From Squalus acanthias (lineage: Eukaryota): a stretch of DNA of 64,000 nt. Below the pieces are notes generated by a model. The model searched no databases, had not been told where the DNA came from, and saw only the letters and a list, made by a program, of their open reading frames with translations. How positions within the stretch are numbered: position 1 is the stretch's first letter; each line of letters opens with the position of its first letter. The DNA is taken from assembly GCA_030390025.1 (NCBI GenBank), contig CM059433.1, forward strand, positions 9,550,001 through 9,614,000, in the 5' to 3' direction. The translations under genes and the position numbers were made by a program. Below, piece by piece: positions 52,024 through 64,000 of this stretch.

Positions 52024-54509
52024 CTAAAAAAAAAAGAACAGAGAATGATGGGATTGCACAACATCCTTTATTCAAACACCAAAAAGAAAATACTGCAGAT
52101 GCTGGAAATCTGAAATAAAAACAGAAAATGCTGGAGATACTCAGCAGGTCAGGCAGCATCTGTGAAGAGAGAGAGAAACAGAGTTAACGTTTCAGGTCGA
52201 TGACCTTTCGTCAGAACTGGAAAAAAGCAGGAAATGGAACAGGTTTTTAAGCAAGTGTCGGGGCTGGGAAAGGAGGGGGGGGGTGAAAGAACAAAAGGGA
52301 AGGTCTGTGATAGGATAGAAGGCAGGAGAGATTAAGAGACATTAAGAGATATTCAAGGCAAAAGGAGATGGTAATGGGACAGGTTAAGAAACAAAGGATG
52401 GCTCTGGATGAAGTGTAAATTGCGCTGGCAGAATGAAAGACAGCTGCCATGTGGGAGAGAAGAAAAGACACAAACAAAAGGTGTGGATAAAAAATATATA
52501 TATGATAGGGGCCGAGGTTATGATCTGAAATTGTTGAACTCGATGTTGAGTCCAGAGGGTTGTAAAGTGCCTAATCGAAAGATGAGGTGCTGTTCCTCGA
52601 GCTTACGCTGAGCTTCAGTGGAACAATGCAAGAGGCCGAGGACGGTGAGGTCTGAGTGGGAGTGGATTCTTTATTCTACCTTTATTCAAAGCTAGAAGCA
52701 TTGTTTAACCACAGATGCTGAAAGCGACCATATTAAAAAACTATCAAGACACAAGAAGATTCTATCCTCCACCCCACCCCACCCCACCCCACCCCACCCA
52801 AAGTCAGTTGGAGTAGCAGATCATCGGTCCAGCAGGTTCAAGTGCCTGGGTGTGAACCACACAACAACCACTCCAGAAACCCCTTGTTAGTCTCAGTACA
52901 AATCCAAAAAAACTCAACAAGATTCTTCTCAACTCTAAAATGATTTCAAGGAAACAAAAATTAAAATACTTAACTTTAAAATCAAGACAATGGCCCTGAT
53001 ATTTACGGGCAGGCAGGGAAGGTGCGGGGGAGGGACCACCAGCGGCAGGAGGCCGCAGCCGGGGACCCTTGGGGACTTGCTTGAGGGACCAGGGTTCTGA
53101 AAGAAAGGCACTTATCTTGTGGAGCTGGCAGCTCCCGCCTCCCTTTCACTGCCGAGTTTCCCGACCCCTGGGAAACCCGGGCAGCAACAGCGAATTTTAA
53201 ATCAGGCTCCCAATTGCACTGTGGGAGCCCAATTTAAATATGTTAATCAAGCGTCCCACCTCTCCACGGCGGGACACTCGGACGTCCCGATATCCACCGC
53301 CATAAAAATGGCAGCTGTAGATGCGCGGCGTGTTGGGGACGCGTTCCCCGTATTCAAGTCTTTAACCCTCCCCCCAAAACCACTCCAATCCATTATCGAA
53401 GGCCAATGTCAATATCAATTAAGATACAAATTCCATAATGAAGTTTGAACCTTTTCTGCAGCTGGTAAACATTTGCTCGTGGTTCTAACCCCCCCACCCC
53501 ACCCCACCCACAGCCCCTCAGGATTGTAATCAGACCAAAACGCCTCAATTAATAACCAAAAGTTGAGCAAGAAGATACCTAGGATTCTGAAGTGCAAAAT
53601 ATTAAACATTAGCAGTGGTTAGAAAATGGCTTCAGCCAAACAACTCAGGATTGAAATGTAATTACAAAAATAAAGCACTGGATGGCACAAAACACTCATT
53701 AAAAAGGATGCAAGTACTTAGTGATATGGATAGATTAATAAACTCCTTTGGAAAAATATAAGAATAAAAGGAATGGAGTGATATATCCCATACAGTTCCA
53801 TCTAGCTCGACCCATCAATGAGGTCCATATACTGGATCCAACTAGAGCATTTTCATCTCTCTCCTGCCTCTATCCCAAGTAACTGTGACCAAGATGTTCT
53901 ATAAAAACCTGTTACCTTGGAAAAGGTTAACATTGGAGTTGCAGACTGATTAATAAAGGTACTATTCCACACCACACTTTACTTTAAGACACTTTACAAA
54001 GTAATTAACCTGGCACTAAACTCGCAATGATACAGTTGGAATGCATTGAAGACAGCAGCCCCAAGACGATTCACCTGCGGTCCAGGAAGGCACACACAAA
54101 TGAACATTCCATGCCCTGATTTCCATTACATTTGAGGAATAATATGCAATTTATAAACACTCTGGCCAGAATTTTCCCCTAAAAAGAAACGGGTGGGTTT
54201 GGAGCGTGGGGGCAGATAAATTGTTAAAAATGGGATTCCCGACCTGATCCCGCCCACTTCTGGTTTTGCCGGCGGTGGGACGGGGGGCGGACGACGAACC
54301 CGCTCCCAGGGGGGCGGGACGTCAATTTAAATATTGTAATGAGGTGGGAAGCCTCTATTTCCCCCGTCCATTTTGTGTTTAACTGCCTGTGGACGGGTTT
54401 CACACAATTCATGAGACCCGACAGCTAAACAGAGGCGGGGACTGCTGCATCCAGGAGGTAAGTGGCTTCATACCCACCTCCTGGATCCAGGGTCCCGACC
54501 ATACCCACC

Positions 54510-55840
54510 CACCCCGATCCTCGACCCCCCGCCGACCCCCCGATCCCCGACCCCCCCCCGATCCCTGGCCGACCCCCCGATCCCCGCCCCCCCCGATCCC
54601 TGGCTGACCCCCCGATCCCCGACCCCCGATCCCCGACCACCCCCGATCCCCGACCCCCCCCCGATCCCTGACCCCCCCGATCTCTGGCCGACCCCCCGAT
54701 CGCCGACCCCCCCCCCGATCCCCGACCCCCCCCCCCCCCGATCCCCGACCACCCCCGAACCCTGGCCGACCCCCTGATCCCCGCCCCCCCCGATCCCTGG
54801 CCGACCCCCCCGATCCCCCCCGATCCCCGCCGCCCCCCCCGATCCCTGGCCGAACCCCCGATCCCTGACCCCCCGATCCCCGACCACCCCCGATCCCCGA
54901 CCCCCCCGATCCCCGACCCCCCCGAACCCTGGCCGACCCCCTGATCCCCGCCCCCCCCCGATCCCTGGCCGACCCCCCGATCCCCCCCGATCCCCGCCGC
55001 CCCCCCCCGATCCCTGGCCGAACCCCCGATCCCCGACCCCCCGATCCCCGACCACCCCCGATCCCCGACCCCCCCCGATCCCCGACCCCCCCGATCCCCG
55101 ACCACCCCCGATCCCTGGCCGTCCCCCCGATCCCCGACCCCCCCCGATCCCTGGCTGACCCCCCGATCCCCCCCGATCCCCGCCGCCCCCCCGATCCCTG
55201 GCCGACCCCCCGATCCCCGACCCCCCCCCGATCCCCAACCCCCCCGATCCCTGGCCGACCCCCCCCGATCGCCGACCCCCCCCGATCCCCGACCCCCCCC
55301 TGATCCCTGGCCGACTCCCCGATCCCCGACCCCCCCCCGATCCCTGACCCCCCCGATCTCTGGCCGACCCCCCGATCGCCGACCCCACCCGATCCCCGAC
55401 CCCCCCCCCGATCCCCGACCACCCCCGATCCCTGGCCGTCCCCCCCGATCCCCGACCCCCACCCCGATCCCCGATCCCCCCCGATCCCTGGCCAACCCCC
55501 CGATCGCCGACCCCCCCGATCCCCGACCCCCCCCCAATCTCTGGCCGACCCCCCTGATCGCCGACCCCTCCCCGATCCCCGACCCCCCCCCGATCGCCGA
55601 CCCCCCCCCGATCCCCGACCCCCCCCAATCTCTGGCCGACCCCCTGATCGCCGACCCCTCCCCGATCCCCGACCCCCCCCCGATCCCCGACCCCCCCCGA
55701 TCCCCGACCACCCCCGATCCCTGGCCGTCCCCCCGATCCCCGACCACCCCCGATCCCTGGCTGACTCCAATCCCCGATCCCCAGTCGACCACCCCCCCGC
55801 CGATCCTCCGACCACCCCCGCAGATCCCTGAAACCCCCCC
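54510..55840. repeat. C-rich minisatellite inside a MITE-like element (54164-55965)
   Basis: Interleaved CCCCGAT/CCCCGAC/CCCTGGCCGA units. The host ends are GGCCAGAATTTTC...GAAAATCCCGGCC. Confidence 0.9.
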
Positions 55841-55997
55841 ACCGCATCCTTACATGCAAATCAGGCCCTGCCGTTTATTTCGGCAGGGCTTGCGGGAAAC
55901 CCAGCCTACCGCCTGCCTCGGAGGTCCCCCGCCCCCAACCCGCCTCCCTGCAGAAAATCCCGGCCGACTTTACTCAAAGTAATTTGGTAAACTTTAC

Positions 55998-56058
55998 CTT
56001 TTTGACAAGATGTTGGAACAAATGCAATCCCCACAGATCGGGTATCACTGGTCTCTTT
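55998..56058 (-). CDS. NUP153-like gene, small exon
   Basis: tttcttcttctttaacag|KETSDTRSVGIAFVPTSCQK G|gtaaag. 61 nt, phase 0-1, compatible with the next exon. Confidence 0.6.
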
Positions 56059-56964
56059 CTGTTAAAGAAGAAGAAACAGAATGAAATGACTGCCCTTCTG
56101 TCAGATCAGGACTACTTTAGCTGTCAAGATTCATCTTCAGCACATCATTGCGAAAGTTCTCAGTTATGCTCTTTACATCTGACTAATATTTCACAACATC
56201 GAACATTCAGTCCAATACAAACAGGATTCATTGCGAAAACCTTTTTAAAATATCAATGTATTTGATTGTTTTTATCAACATGTTCGGCTTTCACATTTTA
56301 CGAACAGCAGGTTTTCATTTAAACATTCCTTCTCGAGTAAACTTTCAGTTAGTATTATGCATATTGAGGCAAACATATTGAAGCAGAGGGTGAAGGTACT
56401 GAATAACTTGTATGTATAACTCGTGCACTGTAAGACCAAGGACTTTGGCATGGAGTGCATGTGTTCAATACTACTGCAATGTACAAAACACCAAGACTAA
56501 TATTTTCCAAAATTTGCCTGTCACATATCGTATTCGAAGTGTTCATGTGTAATGACTTAACATATCCACTTAAGGATAGACTGAAGGAGTGTATGTATAA
56601 CTTGTACCGTTTTCTGGAGTTGCAGGGCGTGAAGAAACCATACACAATCATGCATTTGCAATAATACATGTGTAATGATGTGACTCCATTTAAATGTATG
56701 GTGTACTTGACCAAAAACTACCCAGTAAGCCTTGTGCATAGGCAGTGGAAACTATTGCAGTCAACAAAGAGAAAAGCTTGTCTTTGGAGGCTTTAGCTGT
56801 TGCTTAGATCTTATGCTCCTCTTTGTGATAAGTGCCTAGGAACCACAAAGGCCTATTCAATTCATAGACTCTTCGATAAGAAAGCTATGGAACTCCAAAG
56901 TGCCCTTGATTATGTCTCTTACATTTAATCACTGCTATTGATTGAGTTTGCTAACACTGAATCC

Positions 56965-57347
56965 TGTGGGTATGTGTTGAAAGAAGATATGAATGTATTT
57001 GAAACCTTGAGACAAGAGCGGAACATCATGTTGAGACTTGGTCAGAACCCCAATTGCCCGGTACGGCCGGTACGGCATGACGCACCAAGAGTGGACGATC
57101 AGGAAAAACATCACGTAAAGGACAGGTAGATATCAGCCCGGTCATATGACTGACCCAGGAGATATAAAGGACTGTGAGACTAAGCAGCGGCACTGTAGCC
57201 GGGTGGGTTGATTCCCCACACAAAGATCTACAAGAGCTCAACCCAACTAAGCAATCAAGTAAAATAGTTGAACTAAGACTACCTGTTGTTGTGTCTTTCC
57301 TACGGGTCAACCCTTAAGCTTCTCAGTTGAAGAAGCAGAATCCTACA
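56965..57347 (+). mobile_element. Possible solo LTR
   Basis: TGT...ACA ends, internal GATATAAAG TATA-like box and AGTAAA signal. No clear TSD. Confidence 0.35.
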
Positions 57348-57717
57348 GTACTCCCACAATGCTGTTAGGTCGGGAGTTCATGATCTTGACCCAGCGCCGA
57401 TGAAGGAACAGCGATAGACGTCCAAGTCGGGATGTTGCGTGACTTGGAGGGATATTTGGAGGTGACGCTGTTCCTATGCACCTGCTGCCCTTGTCCTTCT
57501 AGGTGGTGCTGCCGAAGAAGCCTTGGTGAGTTGCTGCAGTGTATCTTGTAGATGGTACACACCGCAGCCACGGTGCGCCGGTGGTGGAGGGAGTGAATGT
57601 TTAAGCTGGAGTGCCAATCAAGTGTACTGCTTAGTCCTGGATGGTATCAAGCTTCTCAAGTGTTGTTGCAGCTGCACTCATCCAGGAAAGTGGAGAGCAT
57701 TCCATCACAGTCCTTAC

Positions 57718-57794
57718 TTGTGTCTTGTAAGTGGTTGTAGATGCAGAACTAGATGCAGTTTTTGTGTTTTTGGACTTCAGTCCATTAGGGGAAA
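57718..57794 (-). CDS. NUP153-like gene, candidate exon ending in a LINE-derived donor
   Basis: tttacag|TT SPNGLKSKNTKTASSSASTTTYKTQ|gtaagg. 77 nt, phase 1-0, bridges the exons ending at 58587 and starting at 56058 in frame. Confidence 0.45.
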
Positions 57795-58586
57795 CTGTAA
57801 ACTTTATAAATAAGTTGGGTAAAATCCTCATATTTAAAAACATTATAGGATTTGAAACATCTGTACTCAAACTAGAGTTTGCAGAAAGTTAAGGAACAAA
57901 GCTTTATGTAATTTAAAAGAATGTTTGTTTTCTTCCTTTCTAAAATATAAGTGTTTTTCTTTCTTCCGCGTCCTCTTCCTCTTTCTAAGGTACTGCCTTC
58001 CTCACTAGTGGACACTCCCCGGGCAGTGGCGGCCCTCCGATACTTTGCCCAACTGCACTTTATTCATGTGTGAGCCTCGACAGCAAGTACCAGAGAGCTA
58101 TGTACCTGTAGAGGGCAGCACAGTTCTGCCTGATCCAGTCCTCACTTGACATCCCTCGGCATCCACACCCCTTAGGGTTGGCTGTCCCACGATAAGAAGT
58201 GGGAATGCTGAGATTAGCTAACTCAGCACAGACCGCTGATTGAACTGGGACCTCTCCGGCCTGTCTCGCTCAGAAACAGACTTTTTGTTGTAAACCTCTG
58301 AGCCATCAGGATAGCCGTTAGCATACTCTTCAATACGTGGGGGGGGGGGGGGGGAACTAGTTTTTCTAACCGAAACGCACGGTTTGCAAAAATCAATTTG
58401 CTCAGCTCATGGTTTGGAACACAGTTGCACAGAAAAATGGGAACTTCTACTGACTTGAGCAAAAGAAAAGGCTTGTCACCTCACGAGAGGTGGCACAGTT
58501 GAATGCTGCTTCAGCTGCCATTGTCTAGTATACCTGAATATAGTATAAGATTTGATCATCTTCTACGCCCCACGCTGAGAAGTGAC

Positions 58587-58696
58587 CTGCGCTCAGCCGA
58601 TTTAGCACAGGGCTCCTCTTTATCTTGTCCGTACAGCCTGTACTGGGAGTGTGTACAGGTGATACTTTGGGCGAAGAGGTTGAAAGATGCCTTTTT
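58587..58696 (-). CDS. NUP153-like gene, exon (alternative donor at 58534)
   Basis: ttttacag|A KRHLSTSSPKVSPVHTPSTGCTDKIKRSPVLNRLSA G|gtcact, phase 2-1. The frame stays open to CAG|gtatac at 58534 (phase 0). Confidence 0.55.
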
Positions 58697-58771
58697 CTGT
58701 AAAATAGTTCCAGGAACAGTCAAAAATTAGTATAATTATCGTAGCGTTTCACAAGACTTTTGAAACTTTCA

Positions 58772-59520
58772 GGGCTGGATTTTCATTGACCCGTGGAGGC
58801 TGGGTTTGGAGGCGTGTGGGGGGTTAAAATTGCAAAAACTGGCGGGCGGGCACAAGTCCGCCTCAATCCCGCCTCCACGCAATTTTCATTTAATCGTGTC
58901 TGCTGGTCCCGACTGCGTCCCACCTTTAAGAGACGGGATAGGCTGTTAAGGCCCTTAACAAGCACTAAATTGGCTCTATAATGCCATTTTGAAAGGCCTT
59001 TGTGATTTTAACCCTTGATCTACGTGAAGCACGCCTGTTCTGAACCACGATTGTGAAACCTGGCGGGAGCACATTTGGATAGCTGACTATCAGTGACTAT
59101 CAGTGAGTGAGTGGCTGGCAGGCATCTGGGAATGGTGGAGGAGACATATCTGGGAGTGCTGGTGTAAAAAAAATTCTCTCTTTCTCTCTCTCTCTCTCTG
59201 TGTTCTCTCTCTGTCTCTGTCTCTCTCTCTGTCTCTCTCTCTCAGCAGACTTAGAGCTGCTGCTCATTTTGCATTCAGGTCCTCTCACAGCAAAGGCCAG
59301 ACAGTCTCTGAAGACCTTCAATGCAGCAGCAATGATGACATCATCAGAGGCGACTTTCAGACTGAAAACACTAATTGGGTCATGGGTTCCCACATGCTGG
59401 AACTCAATTGCCCAATTAGGTGAAAATCGCATCAATCTCCCACATCCAATTGCAGTCGGGTGGATAACACGAAAAGCGGATGACACGACCCCAACCCGCC
59501 CCAGTATCAAAATCCAGCCC
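58772..59520. mobile_element. Harbinger-type MITE family A
   Basis: Same TIR, TSD TCA. Inverted relative to 3588-4306, with an internal (CT)n tract. Confidence 0.85.
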
Positions 59521-60396
59521 TCAGAGTGCATACATGTGCAGAAGTCTGCAGTCTGTATACATTTATAATTAGACAATAATGAATGACGAGAAATGTGACA
59601 GTGGGCACTTCACCACATGAAAAATCAACTGCAAAAAGCTTTTGTTGTGGTAAAGCCCAATACAAGAATACCTGGTCTTATTATTACCATTCGATCCAGG
59701 ACGGTAACATCCTCAGCAATTAATATTGATTTCAAAGCGATGTTAAACGGAGTTAAATCAATGACAGTTTCATCAGTACTTGGCATAATGTGCAGATACA
59801 CAGGTGAGCAGAGAACAGGTGCGTTAAGTCATAGACAAGGGAAATTAGAATCGAAGCAGAGATTGAGAGGTGAATCAATAAACTCCATGAGAAATTCACA
59901 AGATGTCTTATTAGTTTGAGGGAAGTAAGTAATTTAAAAAAGATGAACTGTATATCATAGCACGCACATTAAAGGGGAACTTTAAAGTTTTAGTCAACTG
60001 GAGTCACTGCATCAGTGGAGGTTAATTTATTTTGTGATTATATTGGAGTATCCAATATCCTAAACAATAGCACATTTTACACAAATCAACTTCGTGCATC
60101 ACTGTCCAGAACATAGATACGTAGTTTCTGGAAAATTCTACTGGATTGAGCAGAAACAAACAGACCACCCGAAGGCAATTCATCACATTCTGATGAAATA
60201 AACAGATTTGCAGTAATATTAAAGTAAAACAATAATGTAATCAGACATAATTAAAATAAAGACTTTCAACAAGCTAATAATGCAAATGTTTGCACTTTTT
60301 CTAGGCAAATGAACATGCACTTTATTAACTTTATCTTTCAGCAGCTATCAATATTTAAATGTTACTCAGAATGAGAATTGAAAGGCAGTACCAAAC

Positions 60397-60452
60397 CTCT
60401 TTGGCAGGACTTCATTGATTGGTGTTTCAGCCAGACGCTTGTTGTTCTGCAC
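60397..60452 (-). CDS. NUP153-like gene, small exon
   Basis: ctaaccag|VQNNKRLAETPINEVLPK AG|gtttgg. 56 nt, phase 0-2, matching both flanking exons. Confidence 0.55.
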
Positions 60453-61793
60453 CTGGTTAGTTGAAATGCAAATGGTGGGCATTGGATCCTGGAATTAGAC
60501 ACAAGAGGAATGAATGTGATTCTCTCCGCACTGCTGTGGATTTCCAGTCTGTCCTTACATTGCTACGTCAGATTTTCAGAATGTATTTGGGAGGAACATC
60601 CCTACACAGTGCAGCATGAAGGCTGAGGTCGCTGCCTCCTCAGGACAAAATAAATTGGAGGGTTTCTCTATTGGTGAGGGATGGGACACACGTGTTATCC
60701 CCAAACCAGGCTCCCATCCAGTCTCCATATGAAACACTCACAGGTCCGGTACAGCCCAGCTGAAAGAGTAATGGTTCCCCCGACTCTTCCCCAACAGTTT
60801 TATCCCTTAAGCTTTCATACCATCAGTCGAGGCTGGATTCAAACCCAAAGTTCAGAGCTAAAGTGATAATGGGATCGATTTCCATGTATATAGGGTGTGG
60901 CAGTGGGCGGGTCCATCTACTCCACCCAATGAAATTTTTGTGGTCGGGCTTCATTGACATTGAATAGGTGAGCTGCCAGCACTAATGGCGGTGTTTATAG
61001 GCAGCTCGAAGATTGGGAGGGTGGGTAATCCGGCGGGGCAGCCGATCTTAATGGGCCTACTGCAGCACCTCAAAGGGCAGGGGGGGTGAAAGAGCCAGGA
61101 AGTGAAATGAAGCAGCAGGGAAATGTCTGCAATACCGCCAGCAGCGAGGAGACGACATATTGGAAGCTGTTAAGGCTCAAAACACATAAGCGACCGCAGT
61201 AAAAATAAATGCCAGATGGACTTCCAGCTTTCCCTGACTGAAGCTAAGGATCCTTCTCCAGACTTGTACCACCCGTGGCTTGTGGGTGGGGTTGAGGAAC
61301 TGGTGGTAACAATGTAGAAAAGGATGAAAATGGCGGCGATGTCCTGACAACGTCTTTGGACCCCAATCTGCATATGTTAATGAGACCTCCGCCAGTCTTC
61401 GGCGAAAGCTCTGGCCGCCTAAATCGCGGCCCTGTGAAAATCGGAATGGGCGGACCTCCAGCAATTAGTTGCCAGTTCAGTCTGTTGTGCGATTTTGGCT
61501 CTGCTTCCACCTAAATCCGGGGCAGTGGTGAGGTAAAAATCAGCCCCAATGTTTTTAAATGACTACTGTCACCCAGTGCCTGAAAGAGTCTTTCTGAAGT
61601 GTGGGAATGTATTGGAGGAATCTAAAGAAAGTGCAAGTGGTTTCGACATTGAAGACTTTCGAACAACCAGGATGCTTCATCCTGTCCTGCACCAAACCGC
61701 CATCACTCCCACAGTTCAAAGCCCATGTGTTTGTCCCAGAACTGAACCCTAATCCTCACACTGGCTGCAGTCACAGAACTTGCTCCAGCTTAC

Positions 61794-61961
61794 CTGCACA
61801 GGCATTTCTTTTGTCAGTGCCTCCTCTTTCTGTGGTTCGCATTCTTTACCTTCCACCTTCTGTTGCACTGCACAGGTCACTGTGATTGACAGATCTTGAA
61901 ACTGAGCCCCAACTGAAGGCAACTGCTGGGAGTGTAAACTGGCAGCTGGTTCAAGATCAGC
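61794..61961 (-). CDS. NUP153-like gene, exon
   Basis: taag|ADLEPAASLHSQQLPSVGAQFQDLSI...EEALTKEMPVQ|gtaagc. 168 nt, phase 0-0. The gene probably continues beyond the window. Confidence 0.55.
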
Positions 61962-64000
61962 CTTAATGTTTTCATGAAAGGAAAATGAAAGGCAGCAAAT
62001 TATACTCAATTTAATATTAATTAACGTGTGGAGAAACTCAGGACATTGGAAATACCTCAGCCCAGAAAAGAAAAAGAAAAGAGAGACTTGCATTTATATA
62101 GCGCCTTTCACGACCATCGGACGTCTCAAAGCCCTTTACAGCCAATGAGGCACTTTTTGAAGTGGAGTCACTGTTGTAATGTGGGAAATGCAGCAGCCAA
62201 TTTGCGCACAGCAAGCTCCCACAAACAACAATGTGAAAATGACCAGATAATCTGTTTTTGTTATGTTGATTGAGGGATAAGTATTGACCCAGGACACTGG
62301 GGATAACTCCCCCGCTCTTCTTCGAAATAGTGCCATGGGATCTTTTACGTCCACCTGAGAGAGCAGACGGGGCCTCGGTTTAACGTCTCACCCGAAAGAC
62401 GGCACCTCCGACAGTGCGGCACTCCCTCAGCACTGCACTGGGAGTGTCAGCCTAGCTTTAATGTGCTCAAGTCCCTGGAGTGGGACTTGAGCACCATGCA
62501 CAGTAATGCCGGCAAACAGTATAAAGGCCATCAGCCTTCTTCAGTAGCCTGGCCCATCGACATCCTCATCTGAGTCGTCTGCAGCAGAACTAATGAGTGA
62601 CCCCTATCACACTTTTCTGCCCAGGAACCAATCAGAAAACACTTAACCACTCCCCATTTCCCAGTCTCAACATATTTCGCAAATCACCATATCCTTATTC
62701 ATCAGTGGTGTCTATTATATATATAAATTTGCAACACATCTTGTGTATAGCAGGTACCATCACACACTTCCTGTAGTGCTTTTGTGTAACACTTCTGTGT
62801 CATTCGTAATCATTGACAAATGCATTTCAACACATCTGAATGGATTATTCTTGCTACATGATTGACTCCCAGCCATGGTTCCTCCAGCCCTCACTCCCAT
62901 TTTCTCAAGAGCTGCAACAGGCCAAAGAAGAAAACTAAAACTAAAAACAATCCAAAAATGAGTGACTAGCTCCAAGTTAGGTAGAGTGTTGTTAAACGGT
63001 GATTACTACAATCAAGATCATTTACATTTTCTGTCTTTTCTTATCGAGGCAAAACAATCTTAAATGCTGTGTGTTTCAGCTCCCTCTGCAACGTATTGGT
63101 TCCACAAGGTCGACAAATTCCTAAGCTAACCTGTCAATCAAACAAAACCAGGGTTCTCACCTGCAATGTGAACTAAGTGAACCCGCCATTCTTTCCAAGG
63201 ATGCGGAGCAATTACATATTGAAGCCTTAAAAGGGACGCACACCAACGTACCATTTTACATGGCCGACTTTTCCTGTTCTTATAAAACAGCAACAAGAGC
63301 TTGCATTTATATAGCCCCTTTAACATAGCAAATACGTCCCAAGGCGTTTTACAGGAGAATTATCAGTCAAAATTAGAAACTGAGCGATATGAAGAGATAT
63401 GAGGAGAGGCAGCTTGAAGTTTGATCAAAGAGGTAGGTTTTAAGGAGCATCTTAAAGGAGGAGAGGGAAGGCATGGCCGCCAATGGTGGGTCAATGGAAA
63501 TCGGGGATGCACAAGTGGCCAGAATTAGAGGAACCTCGAGATCTCGGAGGGTTGGTGGAGTTTAGAAATAGGGAGGGATTTGAACACGAGGATGATTATT
63601 TTAAATTCGAGGCACTGCCCCGAACCAATATACGACAGCGAGCACAGGGATGATGGGGGAGCAGGACTTGATGTGAGTTAGGATTCAGGCAGCAGGGTTT
63701 TGGATGATCCTCTCTAGTTTATTTTTAGAGATCCTCGAACTTATTGTGAGCAGCACCACAGGAGGTTTATTAACATATCTTGCTCTGGCACGTATCTGTC
63801 ACAAAGTGCCAAATGTATTTAAAAAAAGGAAACCGTTTCATGCTGTTTGTTTTTAACCTTAATTTTTTAATAACTTCCCACATTACAACAGTGACTACAC
63901 TCCAAAAGCACTTCATTGGCTGTAAAGCGCTTTGAGGTGGTCGTGAAAGGCGCTATATAAATGCAAGTCTTTCTTTCTTAATAATTTTTTTAAGGGCTGG

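Noticed and set aside
54409..55859. Three 455-477 aa Gly/Arg-rich ORFs
   Set aside because: All three minus-strand frames are open only because the minisatellite lacks stop codons.
59671..59906. Exon-like frame ending ...TVLDRMVIIRPG
   Set aside because: It has an in-frame TGA and no phase-compatible acceptor. 58587-58696 fits the chain better.
1..64000. Prokaryotic viperin defence operon or CRISPR array
   Set aside because: Viperin here has spliceosomal introns and vertebrate synteny. No repeat-spacer arrays were seen.

Overview
Repeat-rich vertebrate genomic DNA. The CR1/L2/Penelope/DeuSINE/Harbinger repeat set suggests a cartilaginous fish (inference). There is a 500-N gap at 6028-6527. 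The window holds: (1) an intact six-exon RSAD2/viperin gene on the minus strand (CDS 20568->12030, 348 aa) with an ISRE promoter; (2) head-to-head with it, a CMPK2 remnant whose exon 1 (27723-28249) has two frameshifts and an in-frame stop and is cut off by repeats. No convincing kinase-domain exons are visible, yet its ISRE/GAS promoter cluster is intact; (3) the 3' part of a divergent NUP153-like gene on the minus strand (at least 9 exons, 61961->36540) with one visible RanBP2-type zinc finger, few FG motifs and the C-terminal RKIKTAIRKLR motif. It is plausibly a retained whole-genome-duplication paralogue and has one apparent frameshifted exon; (4) a CpG-rich promoter-like segment at about 5.75-6.03 kb, possibly the RNF144A 5' end by synteny; (5) many transposons, including Penelope fragments carrying minimal hammerhead ribozyme motifs and Harbinger-type MITEs with 3-bp TSDs. 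All homology calls come from recalled protein sequences, not from database searches.
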